Of a stretch of 61,875 bases of DNA, positions 1 to 8,673 are shown piece by piece. The stretch is from the UHGV virus genome UHGV-0856201. One strand, written 5' to 3'. The notes beneath the pieces were generated by a model. It searched no databases, was not told where the DNA came from, and worked only from the letters and a program-made list of their open reading frames with translations. This DNA is from a virus. Position 1 is the first letter of the stretch. Each line of letters opens with the position of its first letter. Both the position numbers and the translations under genes were made by a program.

Positions 1-139
1 TATTCAACAGGAAAACCACCTAATTAGAATTGCCGACCACAAACGGTCACTAACTTCCCTATGTTCTCTAACTTCCTCTTTACATCATTATTATTCATTA
101 GATACATTAGTAATCTGCGTCACAAGGAGGAGTGTCTTA

Positions 140-190
140 TGTGCTATATATTTGAAGACAGTGACGAATGGCTGAGTTTATGCCGCCAGA
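140..190 (+). promoter_or_regulatory. Anellovirus UTR core (TATA-like box plus conserved UTR motif)
   Basis: tatata at 145-150; cgaatggctgagtttatgccgc at 165-186, recognised as the conserved anellovirus UTR element. Confidence 0.6.
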
Positions 191-333
191 CGAAGACGGG
201 ATCACTTCAGTGACTCCAGGCTGAACTTGGGCGGGTGCCGAAGGTGAGTGAAACCACCGAAGTCAAGGGGCAATTCGGGCTAGTTCAGTCTGGCGGAACG
301 GGCAAGAAACTTAATATATATTATTTTACAGAT

Positions 334-618
334 ATGTTCCACAACCCAAACTATGGACACCACCGCCTACAATTGAAAATAACTAACACCTGCATCCAAG
401 TCCACGGATTAACCTGTTCCTGCAACAATCCAGGATTCCACTTACTACAAATTCTAACCACCCAAATAGGAAAAGAACTAAAACCAGAAGAAAAAAATCA
501 AATTAAACAATGCCTTGGAAACCAAGATACTACCGCCGCCGGTGGAGACGACGACCATATTTTTGGAGACCTAGAAGAACTTTTCGAAAAAGATTTTACA
601 GACGCCGATACTGGGTAA
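334..618 (+). CDS. Anellovirus ORF2-like protein
   Basis: ATG at 334 in frame of ORF 235-618; H-x3-C-x-C-x5-H signature (HGLTCSCNNPGFH); overlaps ORF1 start as in anelloviruses. Confidence 0.55.
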   Translation: MFHNPNYGHHRLQLKITNTCIQVHGLTCSCNNPGFHLLQILTTQIGKELKPEEKNQIKQCLGNQDTTAAGGDDDHIFGDLEELFEKDFTDADTG

Positions 619-1619
619 GCAGACGACGCTTTAAAAGAAAATTAAAAAAACTTTTAGTTAAAGAATATCAACCGCATTCTATAAGAAAATGTACTGTTAA
701 AGGACTACTATGTTTATTTCAGACTGATGTACAAAGAATAGGATTTAATTTTGATATGTATGAAGAATCTTTTGTACCAGATAAACTACCAGGTGGAGGA
801 GGCTTTAGCATAAAAAACTTATCATTATACAGTTTATATATAGAACACATAAACGGCCACAACATTTTTACACACTCCAACATCTATTACCCTCTGGTTA
901 GATACTTAGGATGCCAACTAAAATTTTACCAAAGTGCAAATGTAGACTACATAGTAACATACAGCAATACATGGCCATTAGAAAGCAACTTACAAATGTA
1001 CAACACCATGCAACCAGCCATTCACTCACTACAAAAAAACAAAATAATGATACCAGCAAAATCCACACAAAAAAGAAAAAGACCTTATAAAAAAGCATTT
1101 ATACCACCACCAACACAAATGAAATCACAATGGTACTTTGCCGCAGACATAGCAAAAAAACCACTACTAATGCTAAGAACCTCTAGCTGTTCTTTTGATC
1201 ACTGGTACATAGGCACAAGAATGATCAGCACAAACATAACTATATACACATTAAACTCATTAATGATTCAAAACAGACACTGGAATATATCAAACTATCA
1301 ATACTTCTCAAGATACTTAGGAACACAAAAATACTACCTATACAGCACAACACAAACATTTAATGTAATTACAGAACTAGAATTAAAACATGTTATATGT
1401 CTAGGAGACACAAAAAGAAATGTACCAGGAATTTCCTACTGGGACTTATATAAACAAGACCCCACAACAACAGAATTAGAAAAATACAAATCCCAAAAGA
1501 ACTGGGGAAACTGCTTTCATACTAATTATTTACAAGAACATGACCCTGTATTTGCAAGTCAAACAGACTGGGCAACAATAATCACAAAAATAGCAAGCAA
1601 AACCAAAAGACCACAGTAG
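510..1619 (+). CDS. Anellovirus ORF1 (capsid) N-terminal portion, interrupted
   Basis: Arg-rich N-terminus MPWKPRYYRRRWRRRPYFWRPRR; A-rich composition unlike rest of window; stops at 1617-1619, 61 nt before the phage junction. Confidence 0.75.
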   Translation: MPWKPRYYRRRWRRRPYFWRPRRTFRKRFYRRRYWVSRRRFKRKLKKLLVKEYQPHSIRKCTVKGLLCLFQTDVQRIGFNFDMYEESFVPDKLPGGGGFSIKNLSLYSLYIEHINGHNIFTHSNIYYPLVRYLGCQLKFYQSANVDYIVTYSNTWPLESNLQMYNTMQPAIHSLQKNKIMIPAKSTQKRKRPYKKAFIPPPTQMKSQWYFAADIAKKPLLMLRTSSCSFDHWYIGTRMISTNITIYTLNSLMIQNRHWNISNYQYFSRYLGTQKYYLYSTTQTFNVITELELKHVICLGDTKRNVPGISYWDLYKQDPTTTELEKYKSQKNWGNCFHTNYLQEHDPVFASQTDWATIITKIASKTKRPQ

Positions 1620-1684
1620 CAGATTTACCATACACATTTACAGACATACAACTAGTGGAACAAGTAAGATACAACCCATTCCTG

Positions 1685-2029
1685 TCAGTTAACATACTTC
1701 GCGATCAGTTTATCACAGTCCTCGCGACAGGTAGCATACTTAAACAGGTCACTTGCTGCTTCTGCCCGGTAGTCAGTATCAATAGTGTAATGTTCATTGA
1801 CATAGTTATAGGCTGCAAGGTAATTGCTGAACATCCCACTGGTTACCACTTTCGGTTGTCCCCTTACGACCTTACCGTTAAACAGATATGCTATTAGCAA
1901 AATCAGACCACCGATCACAGGACTTGTGAGAAATGCGATAAAGAACCATACACCAGAGTTACGACCTGTTTGTTTGGCAACACCCGCGACAACCAGAGAG
2001 AAAAGAATCCATAAAATAGTGAATAGCAT
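1685..2029 (-). CDS. small membrane protein (phage)
   Basis: 114-aa ORF with hydrophobic segments; RBS aaggagg; first gene downstream of promoter copy at 2050-2100. Confidence 0.5.
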   Translation of the reverse strand: MLFTILWILFSLVVAGVAKQTGRNSGVWFFIAFLTSPVIGGLILLIAYLFNGKVVRGQPKVVTSGMFSNYLAAYNYVNEHYTIDTDYRAEAASDLFKYATCREDCDKLIAKYVN

Positions 2030-2049
2030 GATTATGTCCTCCTTTGTTT

Positions 2050-2100
2050 TGATGTTTGTAGGTTACACGTCCTTGTGTAATCCGTCAAGAATTATTTTAA
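2050..2100 (-). promoter_or_regulatory. conserved phage early promoter (copy 1)
   Basis: plus-strand gtcaagaattatttta at 2084-2099; -35 TTGACG on minus strand with AT-rich upstream element. Confidence 0.6.
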
Positions 2101-2340
2101 ATTATCGTAGACAGGCGGTAAGCCCATTGCAGCCTGTACAGACCGTTTTTCGTATTCCTCCCGAAGTTTCTGAAGTCGTTCAATACCGATGTCACAACCA
2201 CGTATTATATCAGCGCACAGGTCGTTGTAGGTCGCTTCAGATTGCTTGCTGTGTGGGTAATCAACACAGGATGGATCTGCAATAATGACTTTCGGCAGAT
2301 ACGCGACAGTATCGCCCATTGCGTTTTTAAATATCGTCAT
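2092..2340 (-). CDS. hypothetical protein
   Basis: 82-aa ORF in compact minus-strand operon; no recognised motif. Confidence 0.4.
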   Translation of the reverse strand: MTIFKNAMGDTVAYLPKVIIADPSCVDYPHSKQSEATYNDLCADIIRGCDIGIERLQKLREEYEKRSVQAAMGLPPVYDNLK

Positions 2341-2666
2341 AAATACGACCCCACAATTGCAGCACAGTTGACGATCGCTAAACGCGTTGCTTTTTCACGG
2401 TCTTCCCCGTGGCTAACTGGTTGCTTATAACTAACGCCAGTGTCAGGGTTATTAACCGTCACTTCGTTGTCACGAACATCCAGATCCATGTACATGTTAA
2501 CCATCAGACTGAAAGCATCCTCATTACGTGTAAGAGGGTTCCACAGGCGACCATTACCTATATCAATACCTTCGTTTATGTAACGTTCGTCGTACGCGAC
2601 GTAATATTTACCCTGGATTTCAGCAGCCCGTGCTGCGTTGACTAATAAATCACGATTGTTCATCAC
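2337..2666 (-). CDS. hypothetical protein
   Basis: 109-aa ORF, start/stop overlap with neighbours; no confident family. Confidence 0.4.
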   Translation of the reverse strand: MMNNRDLLVNAARAAEIQGKYYVAYDERYINEGIDIGNGRLWNPLTRNEDAFSLMVNMYMDLDVRDNEVTVNNPDTGVSYKQPVSHGEDREKATRLAIVNCAAIVGSYL

Positions 2667-3022
2667 ATGTTCCCCGTTGTACGTTTATATTCTTGAACAC
2701 AGTAATCAAAGTATTCACCATGTGTTTTAACATAATTAATTAGTTCAATTATTACGTCACCGTGGCATGGTTTAGGAGAACAGAAACAAACTAAATCTTT
2801 ACCGTCTAAAGATAAAATATCAGATTTAGTTATGTTTCCTTTCAAACATTCATTCCACAACCATGTTTTATAACGAAATAATGTCGCACCTCGTTCTTCA
2901 TTTTCCGAAAGTTTAAAAGGGTTTGCGAATTTACTTTGTGTTAACCCTTTACCACCGCGACCAATATAAACAGCACCTTCTGGGATTTGTTTACCAATAT
3001 GGTAGAAGTTTAACACTTTCAT
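2663..3022 (-). CDS. DUF4326-family protein
   Basis: Start at internal Met (MKVLNFYHIG); motifs VYIGRGGKG, FANPF, CFCSPKPCHGDV match my recollection of DUF4326. Confidence 0.6.
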   Translation of the reverse strand: MKVLNFYHIGKQIPEGAVYIGRGGKGLTQSKFANPFKLSENEERGATLFRYKTWLWNECLKGNITKSDILSLDGKDLVCFCSPKPCHGDVIIELINYVKTHGEYFDYCVQEYKRTTGNM

Positions 3023-3023
3023 G

Positions 3024-3527
3024 TTACATGTCCCCCGTTGATCCAAACCCGCCATTACGCTGACTATCAACATCTGGTAATTCTTCCACTTCAACCAGGT
3101 TAACAGGTTCGACACGTTCAACCATAAGCTGACAAACACGTTCACCGTCTGCGATAGTCTGTAATTTCTGCCCGTGGTTAGTCAGCGAAACGTAGTATTC
3201 TTCTTTGTAATCACGATCACCGATACCCACACAGTTGATCAGTGATAAACCGTATTTAAGACTCATGCCGGAACGTGGGTAAATTTTAATGCAATATCCG
3301 CTATCAACTGACATTTTCAGACCAGTGGGGATCATAGCGCGGTCGCCGGGCCATAATGCGATTGTTCCTGCAACAACCGGACGTTCCACTTTAGCGCCTG
3401 ATTCTGTGAATATAGTTACCGATTCTTCCCACAGGCAAGCACGAACGTCTAACCCTGCGCTGTCTGGTGTTGCACGTGTCGGAAGTTCAGCGTGGGGTGT
3501 TAGTTTTTTGATATACAGGTTAGTCAT
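3024..3527 (-). CDS. dut: dUTP diphosphatase (dUTPase)
   Basis: Canonical dUTPase motifs: DSAGLDVRA, PRSGMSLKYG, GIGDRDYKEE, RNGGFGSTG. Confidence 0.9.
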   Translation of the reverse strand: MTNLYIKKLTPHAELPTRATPDSAGLDVRACLWEESVTIFTESGAKVERPVVAGTIALWPGDRAMIPTGLKMSVDSGYCIKIYPRSGMSLKYGLSLINCVGIGDRDYKEEYYVSLTNHGQKLQTIADGERVCQLMVERVEPVNLVEVEELPDVDSQRNGGFGSTGDM

Positions 3528-3554
3528 TGTTTGATTCCTCAGTGTGTTTCGTTC

Positions 3555-3605
3555 GTGACAAATGTTAGTGTGACCGCTTGCAATGTGTCAAGAATTATTT
3601 TAAAC
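3555..3605 (-). promoter_or_regulatory. conserved phage early promoter (copy 2)
   Basis: tgtcaagaattattttaaa; -35 TTGACA at 3586-3591 (minus); drives dut operon. Confidence 0.6.
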
Positions 3606-3634
3606 TTCTGTCAACGTTAACCAATGAGGAATAA

Positions 3635-4453
3635 ATGATGTTTGAACATCCGTGGAATATACCTGCATATGATGCTGAAAGTGAAAAACAATCACTTGAC
3701 TATCGAATGAAAACACAACAAGTAGACTGGAGTGAAGCGCCAGACTGGGCTACATGTGTTGTTCTTAATAAGACAACAAACACTTTTGCATGGTCTGACG
3801 GTTCAATGTACGCACCAATTTTAAGAAATCCACCACAAATTATGGAGAATGCTGATGACTTTGAAATCTTTGAAAAACGCTCTTGTGGTCCAGCAACACC
3901 TGTCAAAACAAAACTGTTAATGACACCGAAAGCCCGTGGTAATACTTACGAAGAATTCATTGCGACCGGGTGGAATGACGACCAGTTAGTCGAACATGGT
4001 TATGCTGTTCGCACCAATGATGAAATGACAAAATATAAACAACAGTCATTAGCAGACTTACACCTGGCGCATCTATTCACACCTGTTCAACAACCATCAA
4101 CAGTAACCCGTGCACCTAGACCAACACCACCTTCAAATTGTCGGTGTACATTCACACCTGTTCAACAACCATCAACAGCGTCTGACTTGCTGAAACAGGC
4201 TGAACAGCTACTGACTGAACGTGGTAAGCAGTACGACACGTCTGGTCAGGAACGTTCGTCAGCTAAAATCGTTGCTGCGTTTAACACAATTACCGGGCGC
4301 GACTTAACACCGGGTGAAGGGTGGTTGTTTCTGATGTTGTTAAAAGCGGTTCGTTTCTATTCCAACACTGAAACACTACATCGTGACAGTCTGGAAGACC
4401 TGATTAGCTACGCTGCATTACACGCAGAGGAATATCTTAACGATGAACGGTGA
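3635..4453 (+). CDS. hypothetical protein with internal direct repeat and conserved C-terminal domain
   Basis: 272 aa; repeat FTPVQQPST twice; motif TYEEFIATGWNDDQLVEHGYAV shared with ORF 33970-34881. Confidence 0.5.
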   Translation: MMFEHPWNIPAYDAESEKQSLDYRMKTQQVDWSEAPDWATCVVLNKTTNTFAWSDGSMYAPILRNPPQIMENADDFEIFEKRSCGPATPVKTKLLMTPKARGNTYEEFIATGWNDDQLVEHGYAVRTNDEMTKYKQQSLADLHLAHLFTPVQQPSTVTRAPRPTPPSNCRCTFTPVQQPSTASDLLKQAEQLLTERGKQYDTSGQERSSAKIVAAFNTITGRDLTPGEGWLFLMLLKAVRFYSNTETLHRDSLEDLISYAALHAEEYLNDER

Positions 4454-4625
4454 ACAGGCATTCGACCTTCTGGTTAAATACGACATTATTGTTATTCACT
4501 GTGACCGTGAACAAATCGTTTTCACAGACGATCTTCGTTATGAAGAACCTTATGACGGTGATAAACGGTCTGCCACGATTCGATTAATCGAACGTGTGGC
4601 ACGTGACAGAGGGGAACTATTATAA
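4443..4625 (+). CDS. hypothetical protein
   Basis: 60-aa ORF overlapping neighbours by a few nt (coupled). Confidence 0.35.
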   Translation: MNGEQAFDLLVKYDIIVIHCDREQIVFTDDLRYEEPYDGDKRSATIRLIERVARDRGELL

Positions 4626-4819
4626 TGGCTCAAACTATTTCTGAATTACTACCCACCGTTTATGGCAACGTGACAGAACTTGCCAGGCGGATTGGGTGTA
4701 ACAAAGCGACAGTTTATAAATATATGGATGACACCAACGGTGAATTTCACGCGGTGGTGAATGGTAAGTTGATGGTCAGACCAGGTTTTAAAGGACGTTA
4801 TACTCGTGACAAAAGATGA
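4625..4819 (+). CDS. small helix-turn-helix DNA-binding protein
   Basis: 64 aa; HTH-like segment TELARRIGCNKATVYKY. Confidence 0.45.
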   Translation: MAQTISELLPTVYGNVTELARRIGCNKATVYKYMDDTNGEFHAVVNGKLMVRPGFKGRYTRDKR

Positions 4820-4963
4820 AAAATTATTACGTGAACTTGAAATAGACTACGAACGAGCACAAAAAGCGTTACAGTTTCTGGAAGAACAGATCCGCGAAGT
4901 TAAGAACCGCATTCAGGGAACTGAAAAACGTAATCTTCCACGCCCGTAACACGTGATATAATC

Positions 4964-4992
4964 GGCCTCAGTGTGTTAACTGAGGCTTTTTT
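4964..4992 (+). terminator. rho-independent terminator
   Basis: hairpin ggcctcag...ctgaggc followed by TTTTTT. Confidence 0.7.
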
Positions 4993-5952
4993 ATGGCTAC
5001 TAAAGACCCATACCCGGATATTTCAGACAAGTATGACGCTCGCATTCGCGAAGCACTTGACGTTGTGTGGGAAAACGTGCGTCGTAGTGAGTCGTTAGCT
5101 AACCTGGAATACATCATTGAAACTCAGGGTATTGCCGGGCTACTCCCCATTCTTGAAACACTCCCTGATGAACTTAGTGCACAGTTGCGCCCGGTTATTG
5201 AAGACGCGATCGCCGAATCAGGTCGTGTAGTCGTTCAGGTTTTACCGAAAGCGGCTGTGACAGGTCCGGTTGTGTTCAGTCTGGTCACCCCACAGGTCAG
5301 TACATACATCAACAACTATGTCGGACAACTGATCCGTGAAGTCAGTGACGAAACAGTCAAAGCTGTTCAGATTGCTGTTAACCAGGGTGTGGTAACCGGA
5401 CGAAATCCGCGTCAGATAGCCCGTGATTTTCGATCATCAATAGGGTTAACCACACGGCAGGAAATGACGGTTCAACGTCTGCGATCAGCACTGGAAAAAG
5501 GTGAAGCAGGTTATGTGAACAGTCTGACCACTGTTACAGACAGTGCAAAGAACGCTGTAAGTGCCGGGAAACTATCACAGGCGAAGATTGACCAGATAAT
5601 CGAACAGACACGCTTGCGTTACGTAAAACAGCGTACAGAGACAATAGCGCGTACTGAATCACTTCGTGCTGTATCAGTTGGTCAGGATCAGGCAATACGT
5701 CAGGGACAGATTACCGGGGCTATTAGTAATGAATTGCTGAAGCGCTGGTTATATAGAAAGGATGGTCGGACACGTGATGCGCATATTTCCACGGGTGAAA
5801 CGAACGGTTGGATACCAATGGACAGACCGTTTTCAACGCCGTTAGGACCACTCATGTTTCCTCGTGATCCTAACGGTAGTGCCGCGAACGTGATTAATTG
5901 TCGTTGCAGGGTTGCTTATTCTCTCCCTCAAGATATAAATGTTATCCCGTGA
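4993..5952 (+). CDS. head morphogenesis protein (Mu F-like / SPP1 gp7-like)
   Basis: 319 aa; C-terminal NVINCRCRV motif and overall pattern typical of Mu-F family minor head proteins. Confidence 0.65.
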   Translation: MATKDPYPDISDKYDARIREALDVVWENVRRSESLANLEYIIETQGIAGLLPILETLPDELSAQLRPVIEDAIAESGRVVVQVLPKAAVTGPVVFSLVTPQVSTYINNYVGQLIREVSDETVKAVQIAVNQGVVTGRNPRQIARDFRSSIGLTTRQEMTVQRLRSALEKGEAGYVNSLTTVTDSAKNAVSAGKLSQAKIDQIIEQTRLRYVKQRTETIARTESLRAVSVGQDQAIRQGQITGAISNELLKRWLYRKDGRTRDAHISTGETNGWIPMDRPFSTPLGPLMFPRDPNGSAANVINCRCRVAYSLPQDINVIP

Positions 5953-6865
5953 TTATACGTATTAGAGTGGTTATATTTGGATTCCATTTTAACCACTCTG
6001 TACAACCATCGAACCCGGTTAATCCTGCAGATTCAAAATGAGAATGAAAATCTTTTTCAAGTGAACGAATGGTTTTACCATCAGAATTATATATTTCAAT
6101 AACATTGAATTCAAAAGGTGTTCTTTTCTTCAATATTTTTATTCTATTTTCAACATTGTTGCTAATACCTATTTTAACATAACTACCGCATAGAGATCTT
6201 AAAACATATAAGCTAGCTTTGTTTTTGATTTTAAAACCTGTTGCAGCGCAACCTGCACAACGTCTGTCAGTATGTAATAATGTTGTAGGTGTTGTTATAA
6301 ATTCACCATGTTTTTGACATTTAATTTTTATCTTACTGTATTGATTAACATACCCATTGACCCAACCCAAAAATTCATAATTTAATGACAAACATTTTTC
6401 ATTTATCTCTTTTTCTCTTATATGTAATGGTGTCTTTTTATTTTCAAAATAACATTTCTTACAGAAACTTTTATTTATAGTAATGTTGTTACCGGAAGAC
6501 ACCCACTGACCATGTTTAGTACATTCTATTAATGCTTTTGTGCGAACACCATGATAATTTTCAATCCATTTTACAAATTTATAACCTCGCGAGTTACAAA
6601 TATTAGTGATACGTTTTTCATATTCTTTTTGGTCTATACTATTTTTTAGTGCTATGTTCTCATTACTACATTTCTTACAAAAATTTCTACCATTCACTAT
6701 CAAATCAGAGGATGTTTCCCACTCACCATGTTTTTGACAATGCATTATTAGTCTACTTGATGCATTCTTGTAACCATTTAAGAATCTGACAAAATGATAA
6801 ATAGTACCTTTGCAAATTTCTGAAATCTCTGAAAGTCTTTCATGTTCTGTTTTTCGTTTAGTCAA
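5942..6865 (-). CDS. T5orf172-domain protein with Zn-ribbon repeats (homing-endonuclease-like), paralog 1
   Basis: Repeated CxKHGxW...CKKC modules; C-terminal YVLRS...KIGIS...GFDGCTEWL typical of T5orf172 domain. Confidence 0.65.
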   Translation of the reverse strand: MTKRKTEHERLSEISEICKGTIYHFVRFLNGYKNASSRLIMHCQKHGEWETSSDLIVNGRNFCKKCSNENIALKNSIDQKEYEKRITNICNSRGYKFVKWIENYHGVRTKALIECTKHGQWVSSGNNITINKSFCKKCYFENKKTPLHIREKEINEKCLSLNYEFLGWVNGYVNQYSKIKIKCQKHGEFITTPTTLLHTDRRCAGCAATGFKIKNKASLYVLRSLCGSYVKIGISNNVENRIKILKKRTPFEFNVIEIYNSDGKTIRSLEKDFHSHFESAGLTGFDGCTEWLKWNPNITTLIRIITG

Positions 6866-6941
6866 AATAAAACCTCCTGTTGTTTAACTCAATATTAGCA
6901 ACAGGAGGTTAAGTGGTCAAGCAAGATATTGGTTCGTTGGG

Positions 6942-7208
6942 TTAATCAGGTTCACGCCAGTCAAGAGGTCGCACATCACATAACAGACGAACATTATCTT
7001 CAAATTTTATGTTTACCCTGTGATGTGCCGTATCATTTTCATAAACAGAGGGCCATATTTCATAACCCTGAACAGTTCGTGCCACCCACTTGTTAATGCT
7101 TGCCAGATGGATCAACACTTCACAACCAACGGGAGGAAGGTTTTTACCATCCCAAATCTGTTTCATTCCCATAGCGGTTACTCCTGTTTCTCCCCGCAGA
7201 ACGGACAA
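6942..7208 (-). CDS. hypothetical protein
   Basis: 88-aa ORF; no recognised motif. Confidence 0.4.
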   Translation of the reverse strand: MSVLRGETGVTAMGMKQIWDGKNLPPVGCEVLIHLASINKWVARTVQGYEIWPSVYENDTAHHRVNIKFEDNVRLLCDVRPLDWREPD

Positions 7209-7453
7209 TAAGACATTTTGATGTTGGTTTCCAGGCGTGTGAAGTTCTTCGCCAGTTCACCGTTTTTCTTTTTAGCGCGGTATGTAAGACGATATTTCAA
7301 CATGACGTGTGTTTTACCAGACGTCAGACCGAAACACTGATTATCCCAGCCAACTTTATCAAACAGGTTAGTGCTGACTTCCGAACCTACTGGTACTTTT
7401 TCCATCAGACGTTTTTGAAGTTCGTCACCAACTTTTTTCATGCAATCACACAT
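7178..7453 (-). CDS. hypothetical protein with C-terminal Zn-binding motif
   Basis: 91 aa; CDC near N-term and CPFCG at C-term. Confidence 0.4.
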   Translation of the reverse strand: MCDCMKKVGDELQKRLMEKVPVGSEVSTNLFDKVGWDNQCFGLTSGKTHVMLKYRLTYRAKKKNGELAKNFTRLETNIKMSYCPFCGEKQE

Positions 7454-7617
7454 TATGCATACCTCGATAGGCGTTTTAATTTAACGATCAACCTTGTGAC
7501 TTTACTCCAGTCAGATTCAGTAAAGTCGTCCACATCTTTAGCCCATAACTCATTAACATGTCGTGGGTTATATGGTTCTTTCTTGACGGGCGGTTTCCTT
7601 TTCTTTTTACCCATAGG

Positions 7618-8169
7618 TTATAATCCAAGTAAAAGTTTAAGCGCACGTTTACGAACATCATCCTGTTTACGCAAAGCAGTTAATTCTTTTTGCAGATTTT
7701 CTTTCTCTTCCCGTAACTTTTTCATGTCTACCAACAACAAATCATAGGTCTTACGATCGACTTCAATTTCGTTACGTAGTTCGTCATTTTGTTTGTGCAA
7801 TTCTCCGATTTCACACTGTAGTTGCAGTAATGGCTGTGGTTGATGCGTCTGTTGCAACTTCTTTAATTTGGCTAATACAGCTTTGCGAACGGCTTTAGAT
7901 TCACGCATACCCACAAGAAGCATTTGATCCATGTTTAGATCGACCACTTCAAACGGTTTTCTATTACCACCTCTTCCCTGAAGTTTGGGTGTGAAAAGTT
8001 TCGTAACCAAAACTTGACCTTCTAATTCATCCTTAACTCTGGCTAAGAAATCATTATGACGAACCCAGACTTCCTCACCTGCAGCCACACGTGCTGGGTT
8101 GATAAAATTCTTCAAGAAATCCAGACTGGATATTGTGAATTCGTCATCAACATTCATAACTTCAAACAT
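7618..8169 (-). CDS. hypothetical protein with coiled-coil C-terminus
   Basis: Start at MFEVMN (8169), just after leader peptide; heptad-rich C-terminus. Confidence 0.45.
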   Translation of the reverse strand: MFEVMNVDDEFTISSLDFLKNFINPARVAAGEEVWVRHNDFLARVKDELEGQVLVTKLFTPKLQGRGGNRKPFEVVDLNMDQMLLVGMRESKAVRKAVLAKLKKLQQTHQPQPLLQLQCEIGELHKQNDELRNEIEVDRKTYDLLLVDMKKLREEKENLQKELTALRKQDDVRKRALKLLLGL

Positions 8170-8174
8170 AACCG

Positions 8175-8243
8175 TCAACCTCTTACTATTCCTACAATTA
8201 CAGGTACTGCGAAAATCATGAAAGCCAGTATGTAGTAAATCAT
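8175..8243 (-). CDS. small hydrophobic leader peptide (22 aa)
   Basis: MIYYILAFMIFAVPVIVGIVRG; RBS aaggag 8 nt upstream; directly downstream of promoter copy 3. Confidence 0.3.
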   Translation of the reverse strand: MIYYILAFMIFAVPVIVGIVRG

Positions 8244-8264
8244 CGCGTATCTCCTTTTTTCTTC

Positions 8265-8316
8265 CCGTTAACCACAAGATAGTCGTGTCGGTGTAATCCG
8301 TCAAGAATTATTTTAA
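8265..8316 (-). promoter_or_regulatory. conserved phage early promoter (copy 3)
   Basis: ccgtcaagaattattttaaag; -35 TTGACG 8299-8304 (minus), 17-nt spacer, -10 tatctt. Confidence 0.6.
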
Positions 8317-8319
8317 AGA

Positions 8320-8600
8320 TACAGCTAATACAGAACGTGTACTAACTATACATGGTTTTACATAGGTTTCATGATTTTGAGTTACAGCTAATACAGATTC
8401 TGTATTAGTAGATCATAGATTCATAGATTTCGTCATGTTTATTTTTTAACCAACCCCTTTCTATCTTATTCTTTTTATTATCTTTTTATAGATAACATAG
8501 AAAACATAGATAAATAGAAGAGTAGTATAAGTAGTAAAAGTTGCTGCAAGTAGGAGAGGTTTAAAAGGTATAGGGGGTCGCATACTTCCCATGAATCTAT
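8320..8600. other. AT-rich divergent intergenic region with repeats (candidate origin/regulatory hub)
   Basis: Flanked by outward-facing promoters; repeated acagctaataca; ~90-bp block also present at 47697-47785. Confidence 0.4.
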
Positions 8601-8645
8601 ACGTAAAATAATTCTTGACGGATTACACCGACACAACTACCCTGT
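8600..8645 (+). promoter_or_regulatory. conserved phage early promoter (copy 4)
   Basis: aaaataattcttgacggattacaccgac; -35 TTGACG at 8615-8620. Confidence 0.6.
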
Positions 8646-8673
8646 GGTTAAGAAAACAAGAAGGGATGAATGT

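Noticed and set aside
235-618. Six-frame ORF 235-618 as a 127-aa protein
   Set aside because: The first 33 codons read through the anellovirus UTR; the plausible ORF2 start is the ATG at 334.
1620-1680. Continuation of anellovirus ORF1 up to the junction
   Set aside because: The ORF1 frame has stops at 1617 and 1653; another frame is open here, so a frameshift error in the A-rich anellovirus sequence is possible but cannot be resolved.
4806-4948. 47-aa GTG-start ORF between the HTH gene and the terminator at 4964
   Set aside because: Weak RBS and GTG start only; may be real but support is insufficient to call.
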